Origin: Candidatus Bathyarchaeota archaeon
Lineage (GTDB): Archaea; Thermoproteota; Bathyarchaeia; Bathyarchaeales; Bathycorpusculaceae
Length of the DNA: 38,807 bases
Direction of reading: 5' to 3'
Assembly: GCA_963775895.1 (NCBI GenBank)
Contig: CAVZKL010000007.1
Span: 1-38,807, forward strand
Positions 20,433-30,083 of the stretch are shown here, piece by piece. Each line of letters begins with the position of its first letter. The stretch's first letter is position 1. A model generated the notes under the pieces. That model was given only the letters and a program-made list of their open reading frames with translations. It ran no database searches and was not told where the DNA came from. The translations under genes were made by a program, and so were the position numbers.

Positions 20433-21398
20433 TTGGACAAGAAACTACTCTTGAAAGACGATGGAAAAACCCAGAAAGTCAAGGACATTAAGCTAGTGGA
20501 AGATCCGCAAAGGCTAAAGTTGATATTCAATAAGCTAAGCTGGAAGATTCTGCTGATGCTCTCTGAAAAGGAGATGTATCCTCTTGAAATAGCGAAGGCC
20601 CTGAATATTCACGAGCAGAAAGTCTACTATCACATAAGAAAACTGGAGGAAGCCGGCGCAATAGAAGTAGCAAGAGAAGAAGTGAAAAAAGGGGCCACGG
20701 CGAAATATTTCAGAACAACCTCTTCGGCTTTTGGAATTGATCTTCCACAAGGATATAGGCCGATAAGAAAGCTTTCCCTCTTAAGCATGGAAGACCGAGT
20801 GCACAAGTTTTTCAAAGAATTCATCAAAGAGGACGGTGCCTTTGAGGGCAAGATAGTCGTTGGCAGCCCGACGCCTCACGGGCCCTTCAAAACGAGCGCC
20901 AGAGACGGACATTATGCAGCTCATCTAGCTTTTTTCCTCGGCCAGTTTGTTCAAATGCCCGACGAATTTGCAATAAAACTCGATGTCGATGTCAAGGCTG
21001 AAAAAGAGGAGAAGAACAATCTGATACTCGTCGGTGGCCCTGGAACAAACCTGTTGACTCAAGATGTCAACGAACACTTGCCGATTAGGTTCGACATGCG
21101 TTCCTCAACCGAGGGTTTTCTATTTGGCGGTCTAGTTTCGAAAAGAACCTCTGCTGTTTACACCGCGGACAATGTAGGGTTGGTGGCCAAGATTGTCAAC
21201 CCGTGGGAAAAAACCAAGAGGATCATAGTGCTTGCAGGCAACAAAGCCGTCGGAACGAAAGCCTGCGTGTTGGCACTGACCAATTTCTGGAGCAGAACTT
21301 TGAAAAACTACGACGGAGATGAGACTTTCGCCAAGGTTATTCAAGGATTCGATCTAGACGGTGACGGGAAGGTTGACTCAATAGAGGTTCTGGAGTAA
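20433..21398 (+). CDS. ArsR-like HTH regulator with large C-terminal domain (conserved archaeal family)
   Basis: EMYPLEIAKALNIHEQKVYYHIRKLEEAG. C-term IVVGSPTPHGP, NLILVGGPGTN, GFDLDGDGKVDSIEVLE. Confidence 0.75.
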   Translation: MDKKLLLKDDGKTQKVKDIKLVEDPQRLKLIFNKLSWKILLMLSEKEMYPLEIAKALNIHEQKVYYHIRKLEEAGAIEVAREEVKKGATAKYFRTTSSAFGIDLPQGYRPIRKLSLLSMEDRVHKFFKEFIKEDGAFEGKIVVGSPTPHGPFKTSARDGHYAAHLAFFLGQFVQMPDEFAIKLDVDVKAEKEEKNNLILVGGPGTNLLTQDVNEHLPIRFDMRSSTEGFLFGGLVSKRTSAVYTADNVGLVAKIVNPWEKTKRIIVLAGNKAVGTKACVLALTNFWSRTLKNYDGDETFAKVIQGFDLDGDGKVDSIEVLE

Positions 21399-21399
21399 C

Positions 21400-21834
21400 T
21401 TGTGTCCAAATGAATTGAAAGAAGTCATCATCGCCCATGGACATGAGAACGTAAAAGCTACACACAAAACCACACTCGAAATCACGAGAGACCCATTTTT
21501 GACTGGGAAAGGCGATTGTATCCTCGCTGTTGGCGCTAACAAAGCAATAGATGATCTAAGCCCTGACTTCAAAGAGAAGCTTCGCAATGATCATGCTCAG
21601 CTCGCAGTTCTGATCGAGGTCAATGGAGTCGTTGAAACTGTGAACGCCGTTGGAAACGCTCATCTAATTCTTGCACACGCAAGCGATATCGTCATCAGAA
21701 AAGGCGGATACATAAACAATCGGACGTTGGCGATTCAAGCAAACAAAGCTGCAAATGAAATGTCAAGAGAACTTGTCAAGCTGCTGAAAAACCCGAAACA
21801 GCAAGCAAAAATCACTTTGATCGTCAGAGCTTAA
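21400..21834 (+). CDS. DUF371 family protein
   Basis: AHGHENVKATHKTTLEITRD..LTGKGDCILAV..RTLAIQANKAA. Confidence 0.88.
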   Translation: MCPNELKEVIIAHGHENVKATHKTTLEITRDPFLTGKGDCILAVGANKAIDDLSPDFKEKLRNDHAQLAVLIEVNGVVETVNAVGNAHLILAHASDIVIRKGGYINNRTLAIQANKAANEMSRELVKLLKNPKQQAKITLIVRA

Positions 21835-22898
21835 CTGATCCGTGCGTCGAGAACAGACTGCCACTCGTGGGGAGCTGTCTCACGAACCATTCTGGAACAG
21901 ACAAACTCTTCAACTCTCCGTCCCGACTTTTCAACCGCCTCCTTGAAGATGAGCTTCCAGTCTTCAACCGAGCTTGATGAGTTGATAAAACTGTAAAAGT
22001 GTATGAAGCCCCCCTCCGATCTTAGAGCCTGGCATGCAGTACCAACGAATTCGATTGCCCCCTCAGGCAGATTCATGATAACACGGTCAGCGATGCCTGA
22101 GAGCTTCTCATCTGTGATCTTTCGAGCATCGCCCAAGAAAGGATACACCCTGCCTATCACTCTGTTAAGTCGAATATTCGTCTTCAAATATTCAACTGCG
22201 TGCGGGTTAACATCTACAGCGTAGACCTTCACGTTCGCATGAGCCCTAGCTATCATTATGGCAAACGGACCAACACCTGAAAACAAATCCACAACAGTCT
22301 CTCCTTCTCTGACGAGAGATGTTATTCTTTGGTGTTCGTGCGAAAGCCGAGGCGAAAAATAGGCCTTCGTGACATCCACCTTGAACCGACACCCAGCCTC
22401 TTTATGAATCGTTTCGGTTGAGCCTTCACCGGCTATGACCTTAAAATCTCTCAAACGGTAAGTTCCACTGACAGCGCTTGCCTTCGCAAGAACCGTGCGG
22501 ACATTCTTGTTCACTCTTAGAATCGCGTTGCCGATGATTTTTTCGCAAGGCTTCAATTCAGGCGGAATTTCTATTATGGCTATTTCGCCCACGAAGTCTG
22601 CGGCGCGTGGCAGACTGGCAAGCGAATGAGGAGACAGTTCGGACTTTAACACTGCGTTGATTCGAGTTTTCCTCTTCCTTTCATCAAAAAGTCTAGTTGA
22701 AACCTTGAAGTTGACCCCTGTTTTCTTGAGCGTTTTCAAATCGGTGGCAGAAAGTCGGCGAATAAGTGGTATATATAGGAAATCACCGTCTTTCCCAATT
22801 TCCAGATCTTTCTGTATTAGTCCTAGAAGCTTCGCAGTAATGAGAGTCTTCTCGCCCTGTCGTTTCGGAACCTTGAGGCACGAGGATTGCCTTTGCAT
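21831..22898 (-). CDS. trm5: tRNA (guanine37-N1) methyltransferase Trm5 / Met-10+ family
   Basis: DFVGEIAII, TIHKEAGCRFKVDVTKAYFSPRLSHE, VVDLFSGVGPF, RVIMNLP. Confidence 0.85.
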   Translation of the reverse strand: MQRQSSCLKVPKRQGEKTLITAKLLGLIQKDLEIGKDGDFLYIPLIRRLSATDLKTLKKTGVNFKVSTRLFDERKRKTRINAVLKSELSPHSLASLPRAADFVGEIAIIEIPPELKPCEKIIGNAILRVNKNVRTVLAKASAVSGTYRLRDFKVIAGEGSTETIHKEAGCRFKVDVTKAYFSPRLSHEHQRITSLVREGETVVDLFSGVGPFAIMIARAHANVKVYAVDVNPHAVEYLKTNIRLNRVIGRVYPFLGDARKITDEKLSGIADRVIMNLPEGAIEFVGTACQALRSEGGFIHFYSFINSSSSVEDWKLIFKEAVEKSGRRVEEFVCSRMVRETAPHEWQSVLDARIS

Positions 22899-22902
22899 CC
22901 AA

Positions 22903-23691
22903 TCACGCTTTTCTATTTGCGGAAATAACGGTGAAGAACTGGGTCAACCCCGTGTCTGTTAACGTGTATTGCTTCCTTGTTCTTGACGCAGCAGCTTGTG
23001 TGAGATTGTTAACTGAGTCGATTCCAACCCCGAAGTATCTTCCCTTGTCCTCAATCAGTGCATCGTACCTTTTTTGGTATTCAATAGTCGTAGTTCTGGC
23101 TACATGAAATCCGTTCTTTTCCATTAACCCTTTCATTTCCGAAGCTTTGTAGTATTTCGAATGTGCTTTTGAAATGGTCCTTTCTAAATTCTCAAAAAAC
23201 TCCTCGTCATCTGACTCGTGCTCAGTCAGATCGCCATAGATCAGAACTCCGTTTTTTTTCAACAGCCTTTTGAAGACGCTAAGAGCCTTCTCTTGGTCAG
23301 CAAAATAGTGCATGGTGCTAATGCAGAGAATTGCGTCAAAGGACTCGTCGATCAGCGGTAAGTCTTCAGCGCCGCCTAGGATTAGATCGAATTTTTCTCT
23401 ATGAGCAACTAATTTGCTGCCAGCGGCTCTGAGCATTTCCTTTGAAAGGTCAAGCCCCACGAGATACGGGTTGATTCTCTCAAGCAGTAGCTTAGCATTT
23501 CTGCCGCTTCCGACACCGATTTCCAGCAGCGACTTGTTGTTGTAACCCTTCAGTCCCTGCAGTATTTCTTGGAATACCTTGTTTCCGAAGCCTCGAGTCG
23601 ATTGCCAAGTTCTACTCTTTTGTCGATCATAATCCTGCGCTCTAGCAGAATAGTACCTTTGAATCAACTTCTCGCGGTCGTAATTCTTCAT
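22903..23691 (-). CDS. Class I SAM-dependent methyltransferase (UbiE-like)
   Basis: LLEIGVGSG, GLDLSKEML, AEDLPLIDESFD, RLLKKNG. Confidence 0.85.
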   Translation of the reverse strand: MKNYDREKLIQRYYSARAQDYDRQKSRTWQSTRGFGNKVFQEILQGLKGYNNKSLLEIGVGSGRNAKLLLERINPYLVGLDLSKEMLRAAGSKLVAHREKFDLILGGAEDLPLIDESFDAILCISTMHYFADQEKALSVFKRLLKKNGVLIYGDLTEHESDDEEFFENLERTISKAHSKYYKASEMKGLMEKNGFHVARTTTIEYQKRYDALIEDKGRYFGVGIDSVNNLTQAAASRTRKQYTLTDTGLTQFFTVISANRKA

Positions 23692-23697
23692 TCGAGT

Positions 23698-24736
23698 TTA
23701 GCCAACCTTCTCTATTCTGCAAAGCGTGTTCAGCTTTTCTATTTTGAACTTGGCCTGTAAAATCTCTTCAGCTAGCCAAATGTTCGTTTCCAAATGCTCT
23801 GACACCATTCGTGTTAGGTAGCTTGACTTGCCACGGGCCAAAGCTACGTACGGTATAAGTAGATCGGCCAAGTGTACATCGACCGTTGGTTTCGCAGCAG
23901 ATTTCCTCCCAGAGCTTCTTTGAGGCTTCTTCTCCGACTTTTTCGCTCGTTTTCTTCAATTCGCCGATCGCGTCGGCACCATATATCACGTCAGTATCGG
24001 TTTCAACCCAGAGCACGAGTGAACTGCCCTTCTGCAGAGGGTTGGATGTATCGTTCACTGTCAGAATGCTTGTGTTGAACCCTTTTTCCCTGAAATAGTC
24101 GTTTGCTGTCTGGGCTTGTCTTTCCGCCACTTTTCTTTCCGCAAGAAAGGTGCAGACGGACACTCCTTTGACGGTTCTGATTTTTCCAGGGTTCTCCAGT
24201 CGCAGAGGGTTCAAATTCCTCGTAGGCTCTACTGATGCTGTCACTTCGCCGTTCCCTTTCGGGTAATAACCGTACTTGCGTACGTTTATGGTTGCGTTCA
24301 AACCCATTTTCCTGAGCACTGGCAACAACACGAAGCGCATGTAGTTGATCGTCGGTGAATGGGTGACATCTGTTCCTCCCTTCGTAACGAACAAGTCGAC
24401 TGGCTTACTGGCATAAGCGCAGATGGGCAGCACGGTCATCAGAAGCATAGGGATGCTTCCAGCTGTCCCAATTTCAGCTTCGATTCTCCCGCTTTTGATT
24501 GGTCCTGGATTGAACCATAACTCCCGCGAATTGACCTTGATTCCTTCAACTTGGGCATCACATAACCTCGCGGCTGTGAGGACGGCCTCCATGTGTTGAG
24601 GTTTTAAACCAGGTTGTGGTCTGTTGTGTCGAATGTTGTAGATGTGGAGAGGTTGTCTCTTTATGGCCGAAAAGGCGACGGCCAGCCTTAATATCGTGCC
24701 ACTTCCTCCCTTTTTGCTGCCGTCAATCTCGATCAA
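23698..24736 (-). CDS. rtcA: RNA 3'-terminal phosphate cyclase (frameshift near 23897)
   Basis: IEIDGSKKGGSGTILR, RPQPGLKPQH, GGTDV, GYYPKGNG. The shifted frame gives VDVHLADLLIPY..SEHLETNIW, ending at 23698. Confidence 0.92.
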
Positions 24737-24829
24737 ATGTGAAGTTACTCCTGCTCTTTAGCTTGGTGAAAAGGTCGGAAACAATTAATAAATGGTTTTG
24801 GTATTAAGGTTTGAGAAGGTTGAAGGCTG

Positions 24830-25258
24830 ATGAGCATGGATAGGGCGAAGGTTGAAACCCTCATTAAGAGAGTTGAAGAACTCGTTGTCATTTTAAGCGG
24901 CATCACGGAAGACTTGAAGACGGTTTCTTCGTCGTTGAAATCTCTGGCAGTGCAACAGATCACTCAGCCTGTTGCTGCGCCCCCGCCATTGTCTTTGAGC
25001 CAATCTGCATCGGTTGCTGGAGCACCTCATGCTGTCGAAAGATCAAAAGCCCTTGAAGACATCAAGGCGATGTTCTCTGACGATCTGGAGAGCCTGCTGA
25101 GCTTCGAGGAAAAGGATGATTACGTGATAATCAAACCGCGTCAGTTCTTGGGCTCAGATAACTTCTCCAAGATTGCATCCGCGGTGCGCCAAGCTGGGGG
25201 GGAATACGTAAGCGCGGGAAAAGCGTCACATTTCAAGGTGCCCAAGAAAAGAGCCTAG
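24830..25258 (+). CDS. Hypothetical protein (coiled coil, low-complexity linker, small C-terminal domain)
   Basis: 142-aa ORF ending IIKPRQFLGSDNFSKIASAVRQAGGEYVSAGKASHFKVPK. Confidence 0.7.
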   Translation: MSMDRAKVETLIKRVEELVVILSGITEDLKTVSSSLKSLAVQQITQPVAAPPPLSLSQSASVAGAPHAVERSKALEDIKAMFSDDLESLLSFEEKDDYVIIKPRQFLGSDNFSKIASAVRQAGGEYVSAGKASHFKVPKKRA

Positions 25259-25289
25259 TACCCTTTCGTTTTTTGAGAGGCGGCTCTAA

Positions 25290-25562
25290 CTATCTTGCTT
25301 CAAAGTCAGCGTATTCACCGGAATAGGGCTCCTTCAGAATCTGAATAGACGTCACTTCTGCCGCAGGAGGTCCGCGTCTGCAGAATTCGACCATTTTGGT
25401 TACTTCCGTCTCTTCTCCCTCAAATACGGCTTCAACCTTGCCGTCAGGCAGGTTTTGGACCCAACCGGTCACCTTTCGCTTTCTCGCCTCGTACTCTGTT
25501 TCTGATCGGTAAAAGACACCTTGCACTCTCCCGCTGATGTAGACGTGTACTCTGGCTTTCAT
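25290..25562 (-). CDS. acyP: Acylphosphatase
   Basis: ISGRVQGVFYR, GWVQNLPDGKVEAVFEG, GPPAAEV. Confidence 0.95.
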   Translation of the reverse strand: MKARVHVYISGRVQGVFYRSETEYEARKRKVTGWVQNLPDGKVEAVFEGEETEVTKMVEFCRRGPPAAEVTSIQILKEPYSGEYADFEAR

Positions 25563-25693
25563 GGTTACTGACTGTGTCCAAGGCGTTCACTTAAACCCAT
25601 CTCTCTTCTGTGTAAACATGTTGTTTCGACGTTCTTCTTAAAAGACGTTTGTTAGAACGTTCTGTTGGTGTTTGAAGATGTTGGAGAATTATA

Positions 25694-26014
25694 ATGGGAA
25701 ACTGTTTGTTTACACTTCCAGTCTTGATGTCTCGGGGAAAGCGTTTGGAACCTGTTCGGGCTGCCGCGGAGAAGATGGCTAGTCGATTGAAAATGGAATT
25801 TGAGGTCAGAACCTTCAAGAAAAAGTTCGCATCTATCTACGTGTACTACGCAAACGGTGATGATGAGCCTATTCCCATTTACTGCGTGAGCGAGCATCCG
25901 TCAAACATGGATGAGATCTGCGCGAAGTTGAGGAACATGATGTTTGTACTGTCCTTTCATCCGAAGCATTTAGCTTTGAGGCAGATGAGAGGAGAGCTTA
26001 TGCAGTTTTCGTAA
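25694..26014 (+). CDS. Hypothetical protein
   Basis: 106-aa ORF filling the gap, GGAG upstream, convergent overlap with the next gene. Confidence 0.6.
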   Translation: MGNCLFTLPVLMSRGKRLEPVRAAAEKMASRLKMEFEVRTFKKKFASIYVYYANGDDEPIPIYCVSEHPSNMDEICAKLRNMMFVLSFHPKHLALRQMRGELMQFS

Positions 26015-26324
26015 ACTTCACGCTTTGGTTTTCAAGGCTGATGTCGTAGATCTGATTCACGTCAAAATCGATGCTCAGCAGCTCATACTCTTGTTCGGTG
26101 AGGAATAGGATTATTTTCGGGATCGTCAAATCCATTCTTCCTGGAAAAATGGGCATTTGCTGTTGCAGAGTCTGGAGTACATCTTGCACGACTTTGGCTT
26201 CTTCTGTTTGGGGTCTAAGAACCGTTTGAGAAACCTGTCGATCCTCGATGAGCTCTATCCTTTTGCCAAGGTTTCCGTCAATGTCTCGGATAGATTCAAT
26301 CTTGTTTACGCGTACGCGAAACAT
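25998..26324 (-). CDS. Arcadin-1-like protein
   Basis: MFRVRVNKIE..GKRIELIE..PKIILFLTEQEYELL..DVNQIYDI resembles the arcadin-1 family (recognised from memory). Confidence 0.65.
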   Translation of the reverse strand: MFRVRVNKIESIRDIDGNLGKRIELIEDRQVSQTVLRPQTEEAKVVQDVLQTLQQQMPIFPGRMDLTIPKIILFLTEQEYELLSIDFDVNQIYDISLENQSVKFTKTA

Positions 26325-26458
26325 GGCTTGTCATGACTGAAGAAGCTTAGAGAAGCTTTATAGATTTCGGGAGAAGCGCTCTTATCGCGTCGTGAAGCTA
26401 TGTGGATTGTGTCTGCTTCGCATCAAATCTTATATTTGCTGCATATCATACTCTAAAC

Positions 26459-26629
26459 ATGTCAGAGGGAAAAGGCTTGAAACTCGTTACTGTGTTACTG
26501 CCAGAAGCTTATCTTGAAGGATTGGACGAGCTCGTGAGAGCAAACATGTATCCCAGCAGAAGCTCGGCGATAAGGTCGTCTGTGAGGGATCTGTTGAAGA
26601 AAGAGCTCTGGGAAAGACGCGGGAGATAG
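26459..26629 (+). CDS. Ribbon-helix-helix protein, CdrS/CopG-like
   Basis: LVTVLLPEAYLEGLDELVRANMYPSRSSAIRSSVRDLL. Confidence 0.85.
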   Translation: MSEGKGLKLVTVLLPEAYLEGLDELVRANMYPSRSSAIRSSVRDLLKKELWERRGR

Positions 26630-26669
26630 TCCTTGAGACGTGCACGCAGAGGCGTGCCGTCTTGGGGTT

Positions 26670-27446
26670 TCACTTGACGGAACGTGCGGTGTCTCTGACT
26701 CTCTTAGCCGCGTCAGCCGGGTTCTCTGCCTGGGTTATCTCTCTTCCTACGATCAAGTAGCGAGAACCGGACCTTATCGCTGGTTCAACAGCACCGCCTT
26801 GTGCTCCGATTCCTGGCGAGTATATTGGGACCTTTTTGGAGAGGATTTCATGGATTTCTCTTATTTTTTCTGGGTAGGTTGCTCCCACGATGGCGCCGTC
26901 TGCATCGTACTTGAGGGCTTTCTTGGCGAAGGAGATGTACTGTGGCATTTTTTTGCCGGTGTTGGCGTCTATTATGGTTTGTCCGTAGCCTTCGAACGCT
27001 GCCTTATGGCTCATGTAGACGAGAAGAATCACGCCCCGATCCGATCTTCTGGCCGTGTTAAAGATGGGTTCCAACCCTTCTTCCCATCCGATGAAGGGGT
27101 TCGCTATGAGTGCGTCAAATCCGGCGGCGTAGTAGTATTCGGCGATGATTTGGTTTGTGGAGCCTACGTCGTTGGCTTTGCAGTCCATGATGGTCACCAA
27201 TCCTTTGTCGTGTGCCTTCTGAACCAGTTTTTGGACGCCGTCAAAGGTGCCCAGCGGCAGAACGAGGTGATGGTTGAATTTGACGGCGCAAACGTACGGA
27301 TGAACCTGTTTCAGCAATTTCTCGGCTCTTGTGAACAGTGCTTGTCTGTTTGCTGGTTTCTCGAATGGAAAATCAAGGGCGAGGATGATTCTTGAGTCTT
27401 TTTCTTGTGCGACTCTGTCGATCTTGTCGCGGAAAGGCAAATTCAA
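26670..27446 (-). CDS. pyrF: Orotidine 5'-phosphate decarboxylase
   Basis: IILALD, AVKFN, DCKANDVGST (DxKxxD), VGATYP, SPGIGAQGG, IVGREI. Confidence 0.95.
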   Translation of the reverse strand: MNLPFRDKIDRVAQEKDSRIILALDFPFEKPANRQALFTRAEKLLKQVHPYVCAVKFNHHLVLPLGTFDGVQKLVQKAHDKGLVTIMDCKANDVGSTNQIIAEYYYAAGFDALIANPFIGWEEGLEPIFNTARRSDRGVILLVYMSHKAAFEGYGQTIIDANTGKKMPQYISFAKKALKYDADGAIVGATYPEKIREIHEILSKKVPIYSPGIGAQGGAVEPAIRSGSRYLIVGREITQAENPADAAKRVRDTARSVK

Positions 27447-27599
27447 ACACCTCTCTTTGTTTGTGCGGGGAGCTAAAAACTCTTTTGCTTTGCGTGCAGA
27501 GTTGACTGTGCTGAGGTTGGACGTGCCGGTTTTGGATCTTTTGGGGTTTTTGGTGTATTTTCTACACTAGATTTAAGAGTTAAACCTGATGATTGTTAC

Positions 27600-28056
27600 G
27601 TGGTCGAGCTGGAATTTGGTATGGACCGCCGAACGGTGTTGGGTGACGAGCTTCGCAGGTTGGTGGAGTCTCGGATGAAGAGTAACCTTGAGGGTATAGA
27701 GGAGACTCTGCGGCAGATATTCGGGGCTCAGAAGCTGGGTTTGGAAGAGCTGAGGGAGACGATTAGGAGTTTGGAAGAGAGCTTCGACCTTTTGTCTCAG
27801 AAGTGGAATCTTCAGATTCTTTACATACTTTTTCTCAGAGAGACGACGGGGTTCGGGGAGTTGAAGAAGATTTTGAGGGTGAATTCGCGAACGTTGTCTG
27901 ACAAGTTGAAGGTTCTCAACCGTTACGGTTTCATAGAAAGATCGGTCGATCGAGGGGCCGCCGCTGAGAGTTGGTTATTCCCTTACGATGAGGGGGCGCA
28001 ACACGGTTCTTCTTGCGTTGCCGTTTCTTTATTACGCGAGTAGCAACTTGTCTTGA
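27600..28056 (+). CDS. HxlR-family wHTH regulator (frameshift near 27950)
   Basis: LLSQKWNLQIL..FGELKKIL.VNSRTLSDKLK. The shifted frame gives EGPPLRVGYSLTMRGR, ending at 28056. Confidence 0.85.
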
Positions 28057-28349
28057 ATGGCTCATCGTTCTCGATGGAACTGCGGTGCATCACAACGATG
28101 CTCGCGCTGAGAGAGGTGGTTATTCGCTGAAAAAAGGCTTATTGTGTACCTCCCCTCCTCGGTTTCAATGTATCGTGAATATTAGGATCCAAATATGTTT
28201 GCGGTGTGGGCGGGGCTTTGGTTGGGGCTGGTGATTAGTGTGGTTGAACATGGTTTGGCTTGCGCTGGGTCTCCTGGTCTCATGGGGTTGAGTTTACCGC
28301 GTGCGATTGGGTTTCGGCCTCTTTCTGATGATCTGATCGCTCGTGTGGG

Positions 28350-30008
28350 CTATTTTAGCATGGGCATCTTGATGCCTTTTTCTCTGGCTATTCTCTGTGC
28401 TTTTTCGTAGCCTGCGTCTGCGTGGCGTACGATTCCTATTCCAGGATCAGTCGTGAGGACGGTCACTATTCGTTTTTCCATTTTCTTGGTTCCGTCTGCC
28501 ACGAGGCACATGCCGGCGTGAATGCTGTAGCCGATGCCCACGCCTCCTCCGTGATGCACGCTGACCCACGTTGCACCGCTGACGGCGTTTATCAACGCGT
28601 TCAGTATTGGCCAGTCTGCGATCGCGTCGCTTCCGTCCTTCATTCCTTCAGTTTCGCGGTTGGGTGAAGCCACGCTTCCGCAGTCGAGGTGGTCTCTTCC
28701 GATCCAAACTGGGCCGGAGAGCTTCTTTTCTGCGACCATTCTGTTGATGGTTTTTCCGAATTTTGCGCGTTCTCCGAAGCCGAGCCAGCAGACCCTTGCG
28801 GGTAAGCCTTGGAACTTGACCTGTTCTCTGGCTTTCTTTATCCAGCGGCAGAGCTGTTCGTTGTATGCGAAGTCCTTTAGGATGACGTTGTCGAGGGTGT
28901 GTATGTCGTCCTCGCTGCCGACGAGTGATGCCCAACGGAAAGGTCCTTTGCCCTCGCAGAACATGGGCCGGATGTATCTCTGCACGAAGCCTGGGAATGC
29001 GAAGGCTTCTTTGTAGCCGGCCTTGAATGCTTGTTCGCGAAGGTTGTTGCCGTAGTCGAAGGTTATGGCGCCTTTTCGCATCATTTTGACCATCGTTTCC
29101 ACGTGGACGCGCATGCTTCTGAACGAAAGATCAACGTATTTTTTGGGATCAGTTCTCCTGAGCTCATCTGCTTCTTTTTTGCTCATACCCGCGGGATAGT
29201 AGCCGTTCAACGGGTCGTGTGCACTTGTTTGGTCAGTTAAAACGTCAGGGGTGACGCCGCGCTTCAACAGTTCAGGAAGTACTTCTGCGGCGTTGCCGAG
29301 AAGTCCTATGCTTCTGGCAACAGTTTTTTCCTTTGCCTCCCTGACGAGTCTCAGGGCTTCGTCTATGTCGTCCGTCCACGTCTCCAAGTATTTGTACTTC
29401 AGCCTGCGGTCAATGGCCCGTTTGTCGATCTCCACGACAAGGACGATGCCACCGTTCATCGTGACCGCCAACGGCTGGGCCCCGCCCATCTCACCCAAGC
29501 CGGCTGTTAGCACGAGTTTTCCCCTTAAGCTTCCGCCGAAGTGTTCCTTGGCAACTTCAGCCAGGGTCTCGTAAGTGCCCTGCAAAATTCCCTGCGTTCC
29601 AATGTAAGCCCATGAACCGGCGGTCATCTGTCCGTACATGATCAAGCCTTTTTGTTCAAGCTCGTAGAAGTAGTCCCAATTCGCCCATTTGGGAACCAAC
29701 ATTGCGTTGACGATGAGAGCTCTAGGAGCATACTCGTGGGTCTTGAAGACGGCTACAGGCTTGCCACTCTGTATGAGCATGGTTTCGTCAGTTTCAAGGT
29801 TAGTCAGGGTTTCAACTATGGCGTCGAAACAATCCCAGCTGCGGGCAGCTCGACCAGTTCCACCGTAGACGATTAATTCATCAGGGTTTTTAGCAACGCT
29901 CGGATCAAGAACGTTGGTTAACATTCGCAGAACTCCTTCAATCTGCCAGTTCTTGCAGTGCAGCTTGTTCCCGGTCAGAGCATGTATAGGCCTTTCAAGT
30001 TTGACCAA
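28350..30008 (-). CDS. hutU: Urocanate hydratase
   Basis: [62 protein letters not shown]. Confidence 0.97.
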   Translation of the reverse strand: MVKLERPIHALTGNKLHCKNWQIEGVLRMLTNVLDPSVAKNPDELIVYGGTGRAARSWDCFDAIVETLTNLETDETMLIQSGKPVAVFKTHEYAPRALIVNAMLVPKWANWDYFYELEQKGLIMYGQMTAGSWAYIGTQGILQGTYETLAEVAKEHFGGSLRGKLVLTAGLGEMGGAQPLAVTMNGGIVLVVEIDKRAIDRRLKYKYLETWTDDIDEALRLVREAKEKTVARSIGLLGNAAEVLPELLKRGVTPDVLTDQTSAHDPLNGYYPAGMSKKEADELRRTDPKKYVDLSFRSMRVHVETMVKMMRKGAITFDYGNNLREQAFKAGYKEAFAFPGFVQRYIRPMFCEGKGPFRWASLVGSEDDIHTLDNVILKDFAYNEQLCRWIKKAREQVKFQGLPARVCWLGFGERAKFGKTINRMVAEKKLSGPVWIGRDHLDCGSVASPNRETEGMKDGSDAIADWPILNALINAVSGATWVSVHHGGGVGIGYSIHAGMCLVADGTKKMEKRIVTVLTTDPGIGIVRHADAGYEKAQRIAREKGIKMPMLK

Positions 30009-30083
30009 ACGCTTTCACGACTCAACAAAAGGTACGTCAAAGGTAACTTTAATTCTTTACGAGAATTTTCGAGAAGACTCGTC

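Noticed and set aside
26640-27395. 251-aa plus-strand ORF
   Set aside because: Antisense shadow of pyrF.
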